64,000 nucleotides of DNA, taken from Eledone cirrhosa (taxonomy: Eukaryota). A model generated the notes under the pieces. It ran no database searches. It was not told where the DNA came from and was given only the letters and a program-made list of their open reading frames with translations. The stretch lies in the NCBI GenBank assembly GCA_964016885.1, contig OZ024741.1:155992001-156056000 (forward strand). Direction: 5' to 3'. Numbering within the stretch: position 1 is the stretch's first letter; the number at the start of each line of letters is the position of its first letter. Position numbers and translations under genes: made by a program. Positions 10,842 through 24,445 of this stretch are shown piece after piece.

Positions 10842-13380
10842 AAAGGATGAATATAAAATGAAAGTGCTTTTTTTAAAAAGGAATTTATTAGGTATTGACA
10901 TATGTTTCTGTAACAGACGGAATACCTATGTATCGCTGCTTGCGTAATCATATAATGTTAGCAAGTATTCGATAGCAAATGTATAATCAGTTGTCACTTC
11001 TTCAGAGATTTTGGATAAATTGGATAAAATCAGAAAAATTGAAGTATTTATATTAGTAATAGAGGAAGAAAAAGAGGGGATAGTATATGACAGATGGTAA
11101 ATCAATTTACTGCTAAACAAGTATATAATGGGTTTCTAATGAGAATACCATGAGTAAATGGTTCATTTTATCTAAATATGAATTTTTGGGAGTGCCAATT
11201 TTAATCTCTACTTGACCAATTGGACAGTGGACAGGGCTGGTCATTTGGTGTAGTAGTATTAATTATAAAGTGTCAATTGGGGAAGGGGGAGATTTCGATT
11301 GCTACTGAATAACATCAATCTTAGTAGCCAGCTGGTATATGCATTAGGGAATTGAATCAAGAAATCAGAAATCTCATTTTATCTATAGCAGTTTATATTA
11401 AAAGGTAAATAATAGAAGAGTTGATAGAGTTAAGACTAATAAAGAATGTTAATATCTATTTTGACAATCAAACGGAGATAGAGACAGGCGTTCAATCCTG
11501 GTGGTATTTATAATATGAAAATGTAGATTTTAAGCGATGGTTACAGTATAACGATCGCTCTATTCTGTTATTTAATAAAATGTTTTTGGATTTCATAATA
11601 CAAAATAATTCTACATTACATAATTTACAATATTCCTGTCCATGTGATTATAGGGGGGGGGGGCAGCCGCTATTATATCCCATTTTAGGTGAAATTGTTG
11701 GTTATTTTCACGCAGCTCCCAAGCCTTGTCTGCGAGTGTTGTTACATAACGCTGGTTTTCATGTTTTATCGAGTAACGATGTCTATAAAGGCGTGATTTG
11801 AAGGAGGTGGCTGTAGATCCCACATAGTACCACTTCTGTCTATCCGATTCGATAGTACATTTGTATACGATGTTGCGTTCAAGACACTGATTGTTCAACG
11901 GACACCAATTATAATTTTGCGTTGTTGTATTGTCATGGATCGGTTGATGAGGTTGCTTATGTAGGACAGGATGTTGTTTGTTGTTTTGTGATGTTATAGC
12001 TAATGTTTTACGTGTATTGTTATGTGTTGGAAGGCGTTTATACAACCGTTTTGCGTTAAGCTTTTTTATATGTTGTTCAATATTAGGGGCGGTTGAATAT
12101 GAAAGTCGAATAGTGTTAGGGTTTAAGATTTTATTATATTTATGTGATGTTGGAAAGTGTTTTTTAACTAATCGAAAGAATTTTGAGGGTAGATTGGTTT
12201 TAATAGAGTTGTTATAGACCGGGTTGTACCAAATATACTCCTTACATCGCCTTCTGTTTGGTGGTGTGCGACTATTATTGTGTCTATTGCGGTAGTGTAT
12301 GTATGGTGCTGATTCTGTGCTATTTCTACTCCTATGGGATTTATTTTGGGTGTTTTGGTGATCTTCGACTATATACTCTATATTATCTAGGTGACCGGCT
12401 TTCCTAAGTGCATCATCATAATATTCGGCATGTTCTTTGAAGGTTTGTTGGTTGGACGACAGGCGGGAGATTCTAAGAGAGACATTTCTAGGGATGGATT
12501 TAATTATAGAGAGTGGATGGTTAGAACTCGTATTTACATATTTAAGGTTCTCATTAAGTTTATGGAACGGTTTAATCGTATCTGTATTGAGATTCAAAGT
12601 AACATCAAGGAAATTGACCTCTTTGAGGTTATATTCAAATGTAATATTTAATCCTAGTTCCTTAAAAAGCTTTCTGATATTTTTACGCATCCTTTCTAAA
12701 TTCTGGTTATTCATATGCTTAACTAATAGGAGCGCATCGTCACGGTAGATTCCACCGTGGAGATCCTTGAATTTTCCTTGTAATCTGTGGGTGATATAAA
12801 TTCCCACAAGATCTGTTACTTCCGCCGAATCATTAGAACCCATAGTGATATCAAAATTAGAAGGTCTATCTTTGCGAACCCAGTAGCTATCATCGAATTT
12901 AACTATAGTTTTCCTCGCTTCCATAATAATTTTAATTTCAGCATCCGTAAGGTCGGAATTATCCTTAGCGAACGAAAGAGCTTCATGTAGAGTATCAGGT
13001 GAAATTGAGGAATAATATTCATCAATATCAAACTGAATAAATTTTGATTTTTTCTTATCAGTAATGTTATTAAACCATCTTATTGTTTCATGAGTGTTAC
13101 CCCATAGTTTAATTTCTACTTTAACCTTAACTTGGGGGATAATTCTGTCTAGTATATATTTGCTAATTTTGCCTATATCAGATTTAGAGGGGCATATAAG
13201 TCTAATATTAGGGTTAGTATCTAAGTTTACCTTGTGGTCCTTCAGGTTGAAGGATGGTATAGCTGGTGTTAAGGGTTGCGTTCTATCGTCAATACAAAGT
13301 TTTTTAACAATTTCACATTTATACTCGTTGAGCAAACCTGCACGTACGCTGTTCATCTCTAACGTAACGATATATTATCA
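10842..13380 (-). mobile_element. Penelope-like element, YRDD-type (Hydra-clade-like), 5'-truncated, between (TA)n tracts
   Basis: Carries the RT-EN ORF listed below. (TA)n at 10820-10841 and 13407-13441. Confidence 0.88.
11492..13356 (-). pseudogene. PLE RT + GIY-YIG EN, frameshift near the G-run at ~11652-11663
   Basis: RLICPSKSDIGKISK, FIQFDI, MGSND, GIYRDD, FLDVTL, SNHP, CPLNNQC, IVY...YVGST...FKSR. An alternative frame continues CKLCNVE...LNNRIE...CNH to a stop at 11492. Confidence 0.88.
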
Positions 13381-13400
13381 CTACATTATTGATAACCTGA

Positions 13401-13444
<44 letters not shown>

Positions 13445-13560
13445 CCCACACACATGTATATATATGTGGGTATCTGTTTTTAAAAGGCCGTAAAATGCAT
13501 ATGAGTTAAATTCCCAAGGTATCAAGTCGGGTCGGGGGTAAAGAGAGCGTTGAGGTAGAA

Positions 13561-13785
13561 ATAATGATTTCTTGTATAGGCACAAGGTGAGTAATTTTAG
13601 TGGAGGGGAAATTCACTTAATCGACGCCAGTACGTTACTGGTGCTTTATTTTATCGACCCCGTAAGGATGAAAGGCAAAGTTAACCTCGGCGGGATTTGA
13701 ACTCAGACCGTAAAAGACCGTAACGCTATGCTGCAATTCTACCGATACTGCCTACGATTCTACCGATACTGCCAATCCACCGCCC
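13561..13785 (-). mobile_element. tRNA-derived SINE (Meta-domain-like core)
   Basis: A box tggcagtatcgg, B box gagttcaaatccc, core gcctttcatccttacggggtcgataaaataaag, 3' end ccttgtgcctatacaagaaatcattat. Confidence 0.88.
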
Positions 13786-13794
13786 TTGTGAGAA

Positions 13795-14050
13795 AGAAAA
13801 TAATGAAAAGGAAGAAAGACTGAAAGTTACTTTTGCTTTTTAATAGTCACAGAATTTTTCAGATTAACTATCCATTATAAAAAGTAAAAAATGAACACCT
13901 GCCAAAATGGAATTCTCTGATTCTCCAAAAGCCCATTTTACGGATCACTCTCCTTGAAAAGGTATAGTTAATCTGAAAAATATGGGATTATTAAAATACT
14001 AAGGTAACTTTTAATTATTCTTCGTTTTCTATATTTTCCTTCTTCTACCT
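13795..14050. repeat. Old imperfect inverted repeat (~80-bp arms) beside (TA)n
   Basis: ...aaagttac...tttttcagattaactat is mirrored by atagttaatctgaaaaa...gtaactttt. Confidence 0.6.
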
Positions 14051-14164
14051 TATATATATATATATATATAATATATATATAAAACTATGTTGGCAATCTT
14101 TTAATAATGTCTTCCTTGTGAAATTTGTGGTCTTGTTTTGCTTAACTAATGAATATATATATAT

Positions 14165-16790
14165 TCTTTTACTCTTATGCCTGTTCCAGCTGAGGCCATG
14201 CTGGGGTACCGCCCCTGTTGCTACACGTTCTATCTCCAGCTTGTCTTGCTGCTCTTAGCTCTTAGGTTACCTTCGTACCGTGCTGTGGGCTCATCCGGGA
14301 TCCAGGATAGCAGAGTGTCAAGATGTTTCTTGAAAACATCCACGTCCAATTTCTTTCTGATGATTCGTTCCAAGACCTTACTGATATGTGACGTCAGGAA
14401 GACTGGCTTGTATTTTTTGGCCTCCGCTCTGCTTCCTCCTTCGTTTAGCTCCCTGGGTAGTTTACCGCTAGCCAAAGAACTTCTGAAGAGGATCTTCAGT
14501 AGTCTTGCTAAGGCACGCTAACATGTTTTTGGAGGACTACTAGGAATCCATCAGGTCCAGTAGCTGAGTTTGTTCTAATTTCATCTATGGCGGATATCAC
14601 ATCTTCCTCCGTTATGTCTCTGGTTCATGGTCGCCATCTGTTCGTGGAGTGTTGTGGCATCAAAGAAATCCACTGGCTTTGTTATTTGCATTTGCCTCAA
14701 TGGGCGTGTGAACACACTTTTGTACTGTTCATTCAGTATTTCACTTATCCTTTGGAGATCCTCGGTTAATGAAACATTTTTATGGAAGATGGCGCACTCT
14801 TTCAATGTACCACGGCAGTTTCTTTTGAAAATTTAAAGAAGGCCTTAGGGTTTGTTGTAACATTTTCCATGACCCTGGCTTCTCGTTCTTCCCTCTCCTT
14901 CTTACGGGAAAGTTTGAGTGCAGTTTCAGTTTCACGTAGTGCCTGTTTCAGATAGTTTATTCTTGTTCTTCTGTTGTGCATTTAAATGGTTTGAGAGATT
15001 AGTTCTTCGTCTCATAAGGAGTTTCCTGTTTCTGGGAATAAGATTTTTGTGTCCGTTGGCCTCTTTCTCTGGTACAAACTTATGGCATATAGTTTGTATT
15101 GTCAGGAAATGTTGAAAATGTGTGTTGGTGTCTTGTATGGTGATGTTGCCACTACAGTTTTGCTTTCTTATCTCTTTCTTGATTTTTTTTCAGTTAACCG
15201 TGTGAAAGTTTTGGCTGGATAATTCCCGGTGCTTCCTAATGGTTGCGTCTCTGCTGACTCTCTCAGACCATATATCATTAGTTCTACTAAGTTATAATCC
15301 CAGAAAATCGTTGGTGTCACCATTACATTGCGTTATTTGTAAAGCAGAGATGCAAGACATTCTCACCTCTTCTTGGGTGGAGTACTGCTTGTTCCATGAA
15401 CAACCTGTGTGTGAGGGCTAGCAGGGACTCCGTCTGTCTCTGTTCGAGTGATGCCACTCCAGGGAGGAGGTGGCCCTCAGGCTATTTAAACTTTGGTAGG
15501 ACTCCCAGCAGCAGGAGGTTGAGACCCAGGTCCAGTTTGTCAAGGAGTTCTTCCATCCTTCTGAGGCTATCTCCAAACTTACCTCCATGAATAGGGGCGT
15601 CGGGTGCCCAATATCTGACTCATTACCCTTTTTAGTTGCTTCATATGTACTATCAGTGGGTCACAGACTGAGTATAATGAGTGTGACATCACGGATGTAC
15701 AGGGAAGTCCCACCATGAGTTGTCTCCTTCCTGTCTGAAGGAAATATAGTATACTTTGGTATATGTGTTTCCGCTTCTACTATACTGCTTGTCAAGTGCG
15801 TTTCAGTTAGTGCCATTCATACCGCTAAGTCTCTTAGGTGGTGAGTTTTACCAGGCTTCTGACATTCAACAATAGCACTGGTGTGATATTTGGGGTGTCA
15901 GCAATGGGAGTCGGTGTGGCACATAGGCTGGTGTCCCTTGATTGTGGTGGTCTCGAGTGTGACCTTGGCTCTGAAAACGATGTAGCCAGGTCAGTTGTCC
16001 CACAATCCTCCCCGCCATTGCTACAAATATCTTTTGCTCCGCTGCCGCCGTCTGTATTGCATCTGTAAATGCTTACCTTCTCCCGTCTGTTGGGGCGGCA
16101 CGCGCGACATCAGCATACTTCTGGGGCAGCTTGTATCGGTTCAATTTTTGTTTTGGATGAGTAGGTTGACCGTAGCTCTCTTGCAGCCTGGGGTGAGTGA
16201 ACCTACAGCCTTTCCATGTTTCTCCATTCCTGAAGAACTTGCATGCTACCGGGGTTTTCTTTCTCCCAGTATTGCGGTGCCTTCTGTTCTTCCCTTGGAC
16301 AGTTGTCCACTGGTCCCTTTCTGATTGGGTGCTTTCTTTCGTCTAATGGTTCCTCGTTTCACCTTTACCTCATACCTGTTGTTCGCCCGGCTTTCCTTCT
16401 TTGACTGTGGCAGCGGGCATCTCATTTGCGGCTATTCTCAGATCCTTCTGTGTCTCCGTAGACCCTTTGGGGTCTGTGCTTATATTTTCTTCCTTTTCCT
16501 TTTCCTTTTCCTTTTCCTTTTCCTTTTCCTTTTCCCTGTCTTTTTCCTCCCTGGGGACACAGCTTAGCAACGCGTTGTGTGGCGCTATCAGTGCATCAAT
16601 TTCTCTCCTTTTGCACCAAAGTCCTCAGAAAGCCATGGCTCTTCAAGGTCGCCGCAATTATTTTGGTCGCCGGCGACCCATCAGGTAGGCACCATCCTTT
16701 GATCATCACCTCCAGTTCTATCGCTGTACAATTTCATTGGCTTCTATTTACATTTCCTCCTCGCATGCAGTGTATTTCGCTGTAAAGGGA
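14165..16790 (-). mobile_element. Decayed CR1/L2-group LINE with internal deletion of most of RT
   Basis: APE remnant MALTETHL...DRKE..HGG near 15720-15820, ILNEQYKSVFT and GPDG-like segments, and YKPVFLTSHISKVLERII joined directly to the C-terminal FKKHLD...IPDEP. Many stops and frameshifts. 5' boundary uncertain. Confidence 0.75.
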
Positions 16791-17188
16791 GAGAGAGAGA
16801 CAGAGAGAAAGAGGGGGAGAGAGCGGGAAGAGTAGAAAAATCCCAGAGGCGAGAGAGAGCATGATAAATTCTAGGAACTATTAAGAGGGAAATAGAGAGG
16901 GCTTGAGAGGCCCAGGGAGAGAGAAAGAGAAAGAGAGAGAGTGTTGAGGGTCGAGTAGAGAGAGAGGGAGAGACAGCGTGAAAGAAACGCAGCAACAGAG
17001 AGAGAAAGAGAGAGAGATAGAGAGGAAGGGAGAGAGAGAGCAATGCTTAGTGACTTGAACAAACAAACGGTAATTATAATTATTAGTATGCTTCTATAGA
17101 TGTTATTCGATACACTTTAAAAAACGCGTGTTCATGAGAAAAAAAGTAATAAATAAAAAAATAAAATGAAATGAAATGAAATAAAATA

Positions 17189-17225
<37 letters not shown>

Positions 17226-18220
17226 ACATAGATAACAACCAAATTTTGTTTAAGACATTTAATTGCTAACGATTGTTTCATCCAGAATAGAATTCATCGG
17301 ATCATCAAAAATGTTAAAACAAATAAAATTACTAATCATTAGAACATTCTGTATGATACATTATGTGTGAGAAGACTAATTATAATTGTTAGTGTCAGTT
17401 GCAATATATTAAAGAGTAAGAGCAAAAGAGCATTATAATGAAATAATTATAATGAAAAGATAGAAATAAGATATTATAAAGAAAATCTGTTTTAAAGCTA
17501 TAATATAAGTATTCTGAAGTATATGGTATATACATAAGGATTATTACTTATATGAAAAAGAAATCTCAATCAAAATATTATAGCAAGAATATCATGTCAA
17601 GAATATAAATAATAGCAGAGAACATGCAATAAATGTAAAACAATTGTGTAGTAAGAGCATACATATAGGTGCTACATATTATAATCATTATATGATATAT
17701 TAGTTTTAGGCGAAAAGTTTTATAATGTTAGTCATAATGTTTATGCAGAAAATGTTTATGCAATAGCTATAATTGTGAAGTGTGTAAGCATTAAATATAG
17801 AATTGTACAGTTCGAACAGATATATACAAAAAACACAATCTAATAGTATGGAGTTTAAGGTCTTTTTCTTTAAGATTGTGATGACAGTTGTAGTACTAAT
17901 TTGATGTCCTAGGAAATGAATTGCGTGGGCAGGCGTTATGAAAGATGAGCACTCGATGCTCATGGGGAAGAGAGTATGAATAATATTAAAAGGGAACAAA
18001 GAATGAGTATTGCATCATTTTCATATTTAAATATATATATATATATATAAATATATATAATATATATATATAGATAGATAAATATACACGGGTGTGTATG
18101 ATTGTGTATAGAAGATTATATTAATAAAAGGAATTTACTCGTTTTATTTACAATCCTTTAAAATTTATAATGGTATTAGAATGAAATAGTGTGGTAGAAT
18201 ATTAAATGTTAAGTGTTAAT

Positions 18221-18259
18221 TGAACAAGTACTTTCATGCTTTCGCAATCTTCAGGTTCA
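18221..18259 (-). ncRNA. Minimal type I hammerhead ribozyme in an ORF-less segment between (TA)n tracts
   Basis: tgaac-CTGAAGA-ttgc(gaaa)gcat-GAAA-gtac-TT-gttca, with palindromic AGTACT in place of stem III. Confidence 0.75.
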
Positions 18260-18595
18260 TAATGTGTGGTGACAGTATAGTTTGCAATTTTCAACTGTAA
18301 TGAGATGTGTAAATTTGGTGCCTTATATACAGTGAAAAGTGGCTCCAGAATGCTAAATCTTACAAACTGTATTTCGACCAATCTCTGTGTAGTTTCACTG
18401 AATTACTAAAGCTGATTGGTTTAGGCGTCACGGTTGGTTGAGCATGTCGAACGACTACTAATTGATCCTATCCAAAGCATCAATTGTTTTGCTATTTTTA
18501 GAAATGTTGAAAATAGCATTTTCTGGGAATCATCACCATCAACATCACTTTTATTATTATTATAATTGTTGTTGTTGTTGTTAGTGGTCGTAGTC

Positions 18596-18629
<34 letters not shown>

Positions 18630-19669
18630 CACACAAACATCACCACCATCAACACGAATAACATCCCCAACAAAAGCAACTTCAACTGACTCATCTACTA
18701 CTACGACGAAATCAGTAACAGTAGCATCAACATCAACTGCAATCGTTCGGAAAACGACTGCTATAACGATAGATGCAACAGAAAAACCAACAATTATTAC
18801 TCTTGCGATGACAAAAATCATCATCATCAACATCATCATGAACAGCAAGAGCAGTAGTATTAGAGAATTAAATAATTTTGAATATGCAAGAGATAACGTT
18901 TTAAATTAAGGGGGATGAGCTTCTGTTGACTTTAAATGTTCTATAGTAATATATTCAATATATTATATACGTTAGAAGATCTTTGTTTTACATTCTTTAC
19001 ATTTTGCTATCAAATTTCCATTATAATTTTAGATAAGAAAATTTACAAGTTCCAAACACTAGCCTAAAATGAAAGTTTGATATATTACTAAATGCTCGAA
19101 ATTTTTGATTATTTCAATCTTGATAGAAAATAATAGGCAGTGTATTTCCTTAGAAATATGGTAATGAGAGGGCTAACATATGCAAATTTATCTATAAAAC
19201 TTCCAACAAATTGTTTAAGTTTCTCTAAAAACCCTATATCATAATTTTATGTAAGAACTATTGTTAACTTTATGTTCCAATAACATGCTTGATAATGAGA
19301 AAATTAGTTATAATACATAATCCTTTCAAATTCTCAAATATTTAAAACATTTATTGAAATAAGCTGCATATTTTATTACCATAGAAATATGGTATAGAAT
19401 GGGTTAATGGAGATCATAGATGTTAAAATCGGTCTGTGGGTGTGTATGTCGTGAAGTAATGCAGTGTGTCTGTTTCGTATTGATGAATCGGTGGTGTACT
19501 TTAACCGGTGGGTTATTTCACCTTACTCCTAACGTCTGTACGATGAGTCAGATATTTGGACTTTACAGTATATTGCATATAGATACAAATCGCTAGTGGA
19601 TTAGATCGACCCATAGTATTGATTTCGGGCGATTTATATGCAAGAAACAAAAGGCCACAACAAATATTC

Positions 19670-19870
19670 ATTTTCAATATAGGCATAAGCCCGACGAGTT
19701 AGGCGAAGGGTAAAGTTGATTAATTCAACTCCAGTACTTTATTAGTACTTTATTGGTACATCATTCTGTCGAGTCCGGAGAGAGTCTCGATGGAATTTGA
19801 ACTCCGAACGTAAAGATACTGAACAAATAGATTCAACTGCATTTTATACAACGGTTTACCAATTTTGTCA
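19670..19870 (-). mobile_element. Degenerate SINE copy
   Basis: ggaatttgaactccg (B box, reverse complement), ccagtact...ggtac and taggcataag resemble the SINE consensus. Confidence 0.55.
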
Positions 19871-20569
19871 ATGTATAACCCCCAATCGTGACATATATTA
19901 CAACATATTATTGTTCAGTACCTAAAAGATTCCGACCTCCTTACAGCCCACCTTGTCTGTTTGTTAATCACCTGTATATCTCAATGACTGATACTTCTGA
20001 TATAAATGGCAGATTATTTGTCTTTTAAATAATATGCATATATATGGAACATTCTTAACTCTATTTTACTAACTGAGTGAAGAGGTCCATTCAAATTAAT
20101 AACCTCCCTAGGCAAATATTAGAAGGAACAGTCATACTTAATATTGGTATGTGCAGAGAAAGCCACAAAATAGAAAGTAAATTAAATTTCCATATATTAA
20201 AGGATTCATTCCTATATTTTCCTTTTCCCCTTACCACAACAAATGTTAAGAAAATAAGAACGTTCTTCAAAGGCAATATCACAATTTGATTCGAAGGCAT
20301 TTGAAAAGAAATTTCGCATGTTACATGAAAAATTACAGTTCACGTAATTAAAGCAACAGTTCATATTTTCAGTACGTAATCTAAGTATCTATGTAAGTTA
20401 GTCAGTAATATATTAGGTTTTAAAACATTTAGATGTGGATATTAATATTAGCCTTCAATATCAAATGATTAATGTTAATAAATTCGATAGGACAAACCGA
20501 TCGAGTATCAAAATTAAAATTAAAATTAAAATTAAAAATATATCCATTAGGCTTTCCATTGCTGAGACT

Positions 20570-20760
20570 AACTGGAATTTGAACTCAGAATGCAAAAGGT
20601 CGGATCAGATACCATAAATTATCCTGTCCATATTTTAAACAATTCTACCAATTCCACGCCTAAACTAGTACATTTTTTATTGACCGCGAAAAGATGGAAG
20701 GCAAATTTGACAACGGTGTGATTTAAACCCAGAGCGTTGATAACCAGAACAAATGCCGTC
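20570..20760 (-). mobile_element. Degenerate SINE fragments
   Basis: ggaatttgaactcagaa and tattgaccgcgaaaagatggaaggcaaatttgac. Confidence 0.55.
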
Positions 20761-21171
20761 GATCAAAGGACGCTGTGAATTACATGGCTCCTTGAAGGGC
20801 TTTAAGGGAAATTTTGTTCTACTGAATTAGTCTAAGTTTCTTTATTACTGACGAGTTGAGGGAGCGAGATTAATCCCTGTATTATATGTTGATCAACATC
20901 CAATTATCCGACTGTTCAAACAAACCTTAAACAAATTTTATAGATACACTTTTTGTTTGTTTTTGTGTCTCACAAATTAGACATTGCTTTTTTTCAGAAA
21001 TTTATGGTTTGGCTAATGTTGCAACATATCAACAGATATTGTAACTACAGCAACACAGCAACGAAAAATTAGCAGAAGTCGACATGTTTTATGAAAACCA
21101 AATACTGTGTCACCAAAATGTTTCTTGTTATATTGGTAGAACCAGTGAAGTGAGGAGTGAAATGTTGCCGC

Positions 21172-21365
21172 TGGTGAATTGGCAGTATCGGTAGAGGGTC
21201 GGACGCCATGCTTTGACGCATAGAGTTATGGCCCTTGCCATTCTGAGTTCAAATCCCACCGAGGTTAACTTTGCCTTTCATCCTTACGGGGTCGATAAAA
21301 TAAAGTACCAGTAATGCACTGGGTAATTGCTGGCCTTGTGCCAAAAGTAGAAACAATTATTACTA
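21172..21365 (+). mobile_element. tRNA-derived SINE (Meta-domain-like core)
   Basis: Near-identical to the copies at 31263 and 60064. Ends agtagaaacaattatt. Confidence 0.9.
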
Positions 21366-21519
21366 TATTTATATGTTTGTTTATGTGTTTAAGTGATATA
21401 AATGTATATGTTAATGAAGCGGAAAGGAGTCGATCATCAGATAGAAGCCAATTAAATAAACTGTTTCCTTTGATCTTTCCATTGTTGATACGAATCGTCG
21501 GTCACAACCACTAGCAGAT

Positions 21520-21720
21520 AGAGGTGGGATTTGAACTCAGAATATACGGACGAATCAGATATTGCAAAGAATTCTGCCCGGCTCTTCGAACTATTGTTCC
21601 AATCCAATTTCATCTTTGAACAGGTATTTTATCTATCGATCTCGGAAGAGTAAACAGCAAAGTTGACGTCTGCGGGATTTGAACCGGAACGCAGGAAACT
21701 GGTGCAAATACCAACACATT
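21520..21720 (-). mobile_element. Degenerate SINE fragments
   Basis: gggatttgaactcag and atcgatctcggaagagtaaacagcaaagttgac...gggatttgaacc. Confidence 0.55.
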
Positions 21721-21999
21721 TAATCTAGACACTAACATCTGTACGAATTCATCCACAAAATAACACCAACTCAAATAATATATAATATCTAGCAAGAAAA
21801 TCAACACCGAAAATAAATATATTCCTCTACTAAATATACACCCCACCCCCAAAAAAACATATAATTAAGACTACACTACCAGAAACACCATAATTTAATA
21901 GGTTTCGGCCAGTATAGTAGCAGCACCTGGCAAAGTCTTAAATCTTGCTACATATTTTAGCCATACTTTGGACACCCTGGTCCACTTTAAGAGGAAGTT

Positions 22000-22053
<54 letters not shown>

Positions 22054-22141
22054 TTTCTTTGTGTGTGCTTGTATGTCTGTGTAATATGTTACACACACAC
22101 ACACTTATATATATGAGTATATATATATATATATGTATATA

Positions 22142-22185
<44 letters not shown>

Positions 22186-22215
22186 AATATATATATATGT
22201 ATATATATATATATA

Positions 22216-22256
<41 letters not shown>

Positions 22257-22767
22257 ATATGGGTGAGAAGAATACTGCTGGTTGCACATGGATAACATAT
22301 TATAAAATGAGTCCCTCATCAGTGATTTACCAAACGATCATGGGTATTTCATCGCATTAAAAATCATATACCTCACGTTGGAGCGATAATAACTAAAATA
22401 AGTTATTAGGACAATAGAAACGCGTAAAGCGAGTGAGACAACTAAACAACACAGGAGGAAGCTAACCGAAGATGGAAATAAACACAAGCAACATAGTTAT
22501 TCTTTCAGCATAAGCTGTGTGAATATATGAGCGAGTCAGAAAGCAGACCTTTCGCTAGTGAATCCGGTGTTAGAAAGAATGAAAACCGTTTTCCCAGCGA
22601 ACGGGAGGAAGAAAGAAGGGGAGAAACAGGGACTGAGTGAGTGGGAGTGCGAGGAAGAGGTCAGTAGAGAGAAAGAATTAACTGACGTGGCAGAGGGGAC
22701 GAAAGAAAGTAAGAGAAACAGAGAGAACGAGGGAGCAGTAAGAGAGAAAGAGAGAAACACAGAATTG

Positions 22768-22836
<69 letters not shown>

Positions 22837-22854
22837 TATATATGTATGTATATA

Positions 22855-22893
<39 letters not shown>

Positions 22894-22922
22894 ATATATA
22901 TATATATGTATATATATATTTA

Positions 22923-22963
<41 letters not shown>

Positions 22964-23837
22964 ACAGGGAGAAAGAGACGATTATGAGGAAGAAAAATCT
23001 TTTTTTTTCCTTATTTTTGTGTCTCTCTCTCTGTTTTTTTCTAGGTTAGAAAATGATTGAAACGAAATGTTTTACTTTGTGTGAAGTGTTAAGGTATTAA
23101 CACTTCACACATTGTTTTATTTATTATTTAACAAAGGCATTTATTTATCTATTTATATATTTAATTATTGTCTATTACCGGTTTCTGCATTTATATACAT
23201 TATCAAATGATAGTGAGATGTATCAGTGTGGTGCCGTACATGTTAAACAGAAGGTGCAGAAAGAATAATGTTATATACAAACAAGGTTTAAGAAGTGAAA
23301 AGAAAAAAGAAAAAGGAAAAAAAAACGTGCATATTGTGGAACGTAAAAAGTCAATGTGGAAGAAAAGTTAATGTTATTTACAAGCACAGTCATTGAAGTT
23401 AAGCAGTTCAAAATGTGTTAATATCGCAAGAGTGTTTAGTTGAACCATGGTTCCGTGAAAGAGGCAAATGGTGGACTGTGGTTTGATAGGATTTCCCTTT
23501 TTAGAGAGTTAATATGCAGGGGGAAGTAATTTTTGCTGGGTGATATTTAATTTATTTAAGAAAAAGGATTAGGTGGGGTTTGAGGGAGGTAACGCTTGTA
23601 AATGTTTGATGGTTTGTTACAGTTTTAGAAAGGTTCGAATTTTAGGGCATTGAGTACTGGTTGAAATTTATTAATGAAATGTGTTTCCTTATTATATAGG
23701 CTCCCGTTTTACGTGTGTTATGTTGAGGTAAATAACTATGTGTATACTCTGGTAATGTATCTTACATTGCCCATTGAGTGCGCTGAGATACAACCGGTAC
23801 TGGCATTGCTAAATAAGCTGGGTCCGTCACCCCTTAT

Positions 23838-23879
<42 letters not shown>

Positions 23880-23880
23880 T

Positions 23881-24444
23881 AAGTTGTAATAAAATGAAAA
23901 TGAAATTTCATTTCTCACTCTTAGTACGGCACTTACTTAAATGTAAGTATGTATGTATACGTACATACATATATGTATACAGACGTACAGTAGCATGTAT
24001 ATATATATATATATACATACAGGTACACATACATATATGTACTTATCAGTTTAGCGGACGCTTATTATAACGCCCACTTTGTCCGTTTGTAAACAAACTG
24101 ACAGCCTGAATTTATGCCGTACGGTGTTAAGGCAACCACGTCACCTTTTTGTTCAACACTGACACAGGAACGATGTACTAGTTTCAAGCTTGTTAGCTAT
24201 CATCAGCACCGTATACCCTTCTGCCAGATGGTTGAACGTTCGAAAGTATATACTTTCCTTATGAAAATTAACGGCTGAGCAGCCTAATTTGCATATCGAG
24301 TGAGTTCAGTCGGCCAGGCGCACCGAAAACGATAAGTTGTAATAAAATGAAAACGAAATTTCATTTCTCACTCTTAGTACGGCACTTACTTAAATGTAAG
24401 TATGTATGTATACGTACATACATATATGTATACAGACGCACAGT
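23881..24444 (-). mobile_element. ORF-less hammerhead-containing tandem element (453-bp unit plus ~110-bp partial second unit)
   Basis: aagttgtaataaaatgaaaa... starts at 23881 and again at 24334. Hammerhead at 24170-24212. Begins at a (TA)n tract. Confidence 0.75.
24170..24212 (-). ncRNA. Minimal type I hammerhead ribozyme
   Basis: acggtg-CTGATGA-tagct(aaca)agctt-GAAA-ctag-TA-catcgt, with palindromic ACTAGT and a GUA cleavage triplet. Confidence 0.78.
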
Positions 24445-24445
24445 G

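Noticed and set aside
18620-18860. Thr/Ser-rich mucin-like reading frame
   Set aside because: It looks like decayed ACA/ATC trinucleotide repeat beside a TA tract, with no clear splice sites.
21172-21260. A-box/B-box sequences as tRNA genes
   Set aside because: No cloverleaf is evident, and they continue into the SINE core and tail in many copies.
23370-23830. Possible decayed PLE endonuclease end on the minus strand (ALNGQCK remnant)
   Set aside because: Too degraded to delimit or translate reliably by eye.
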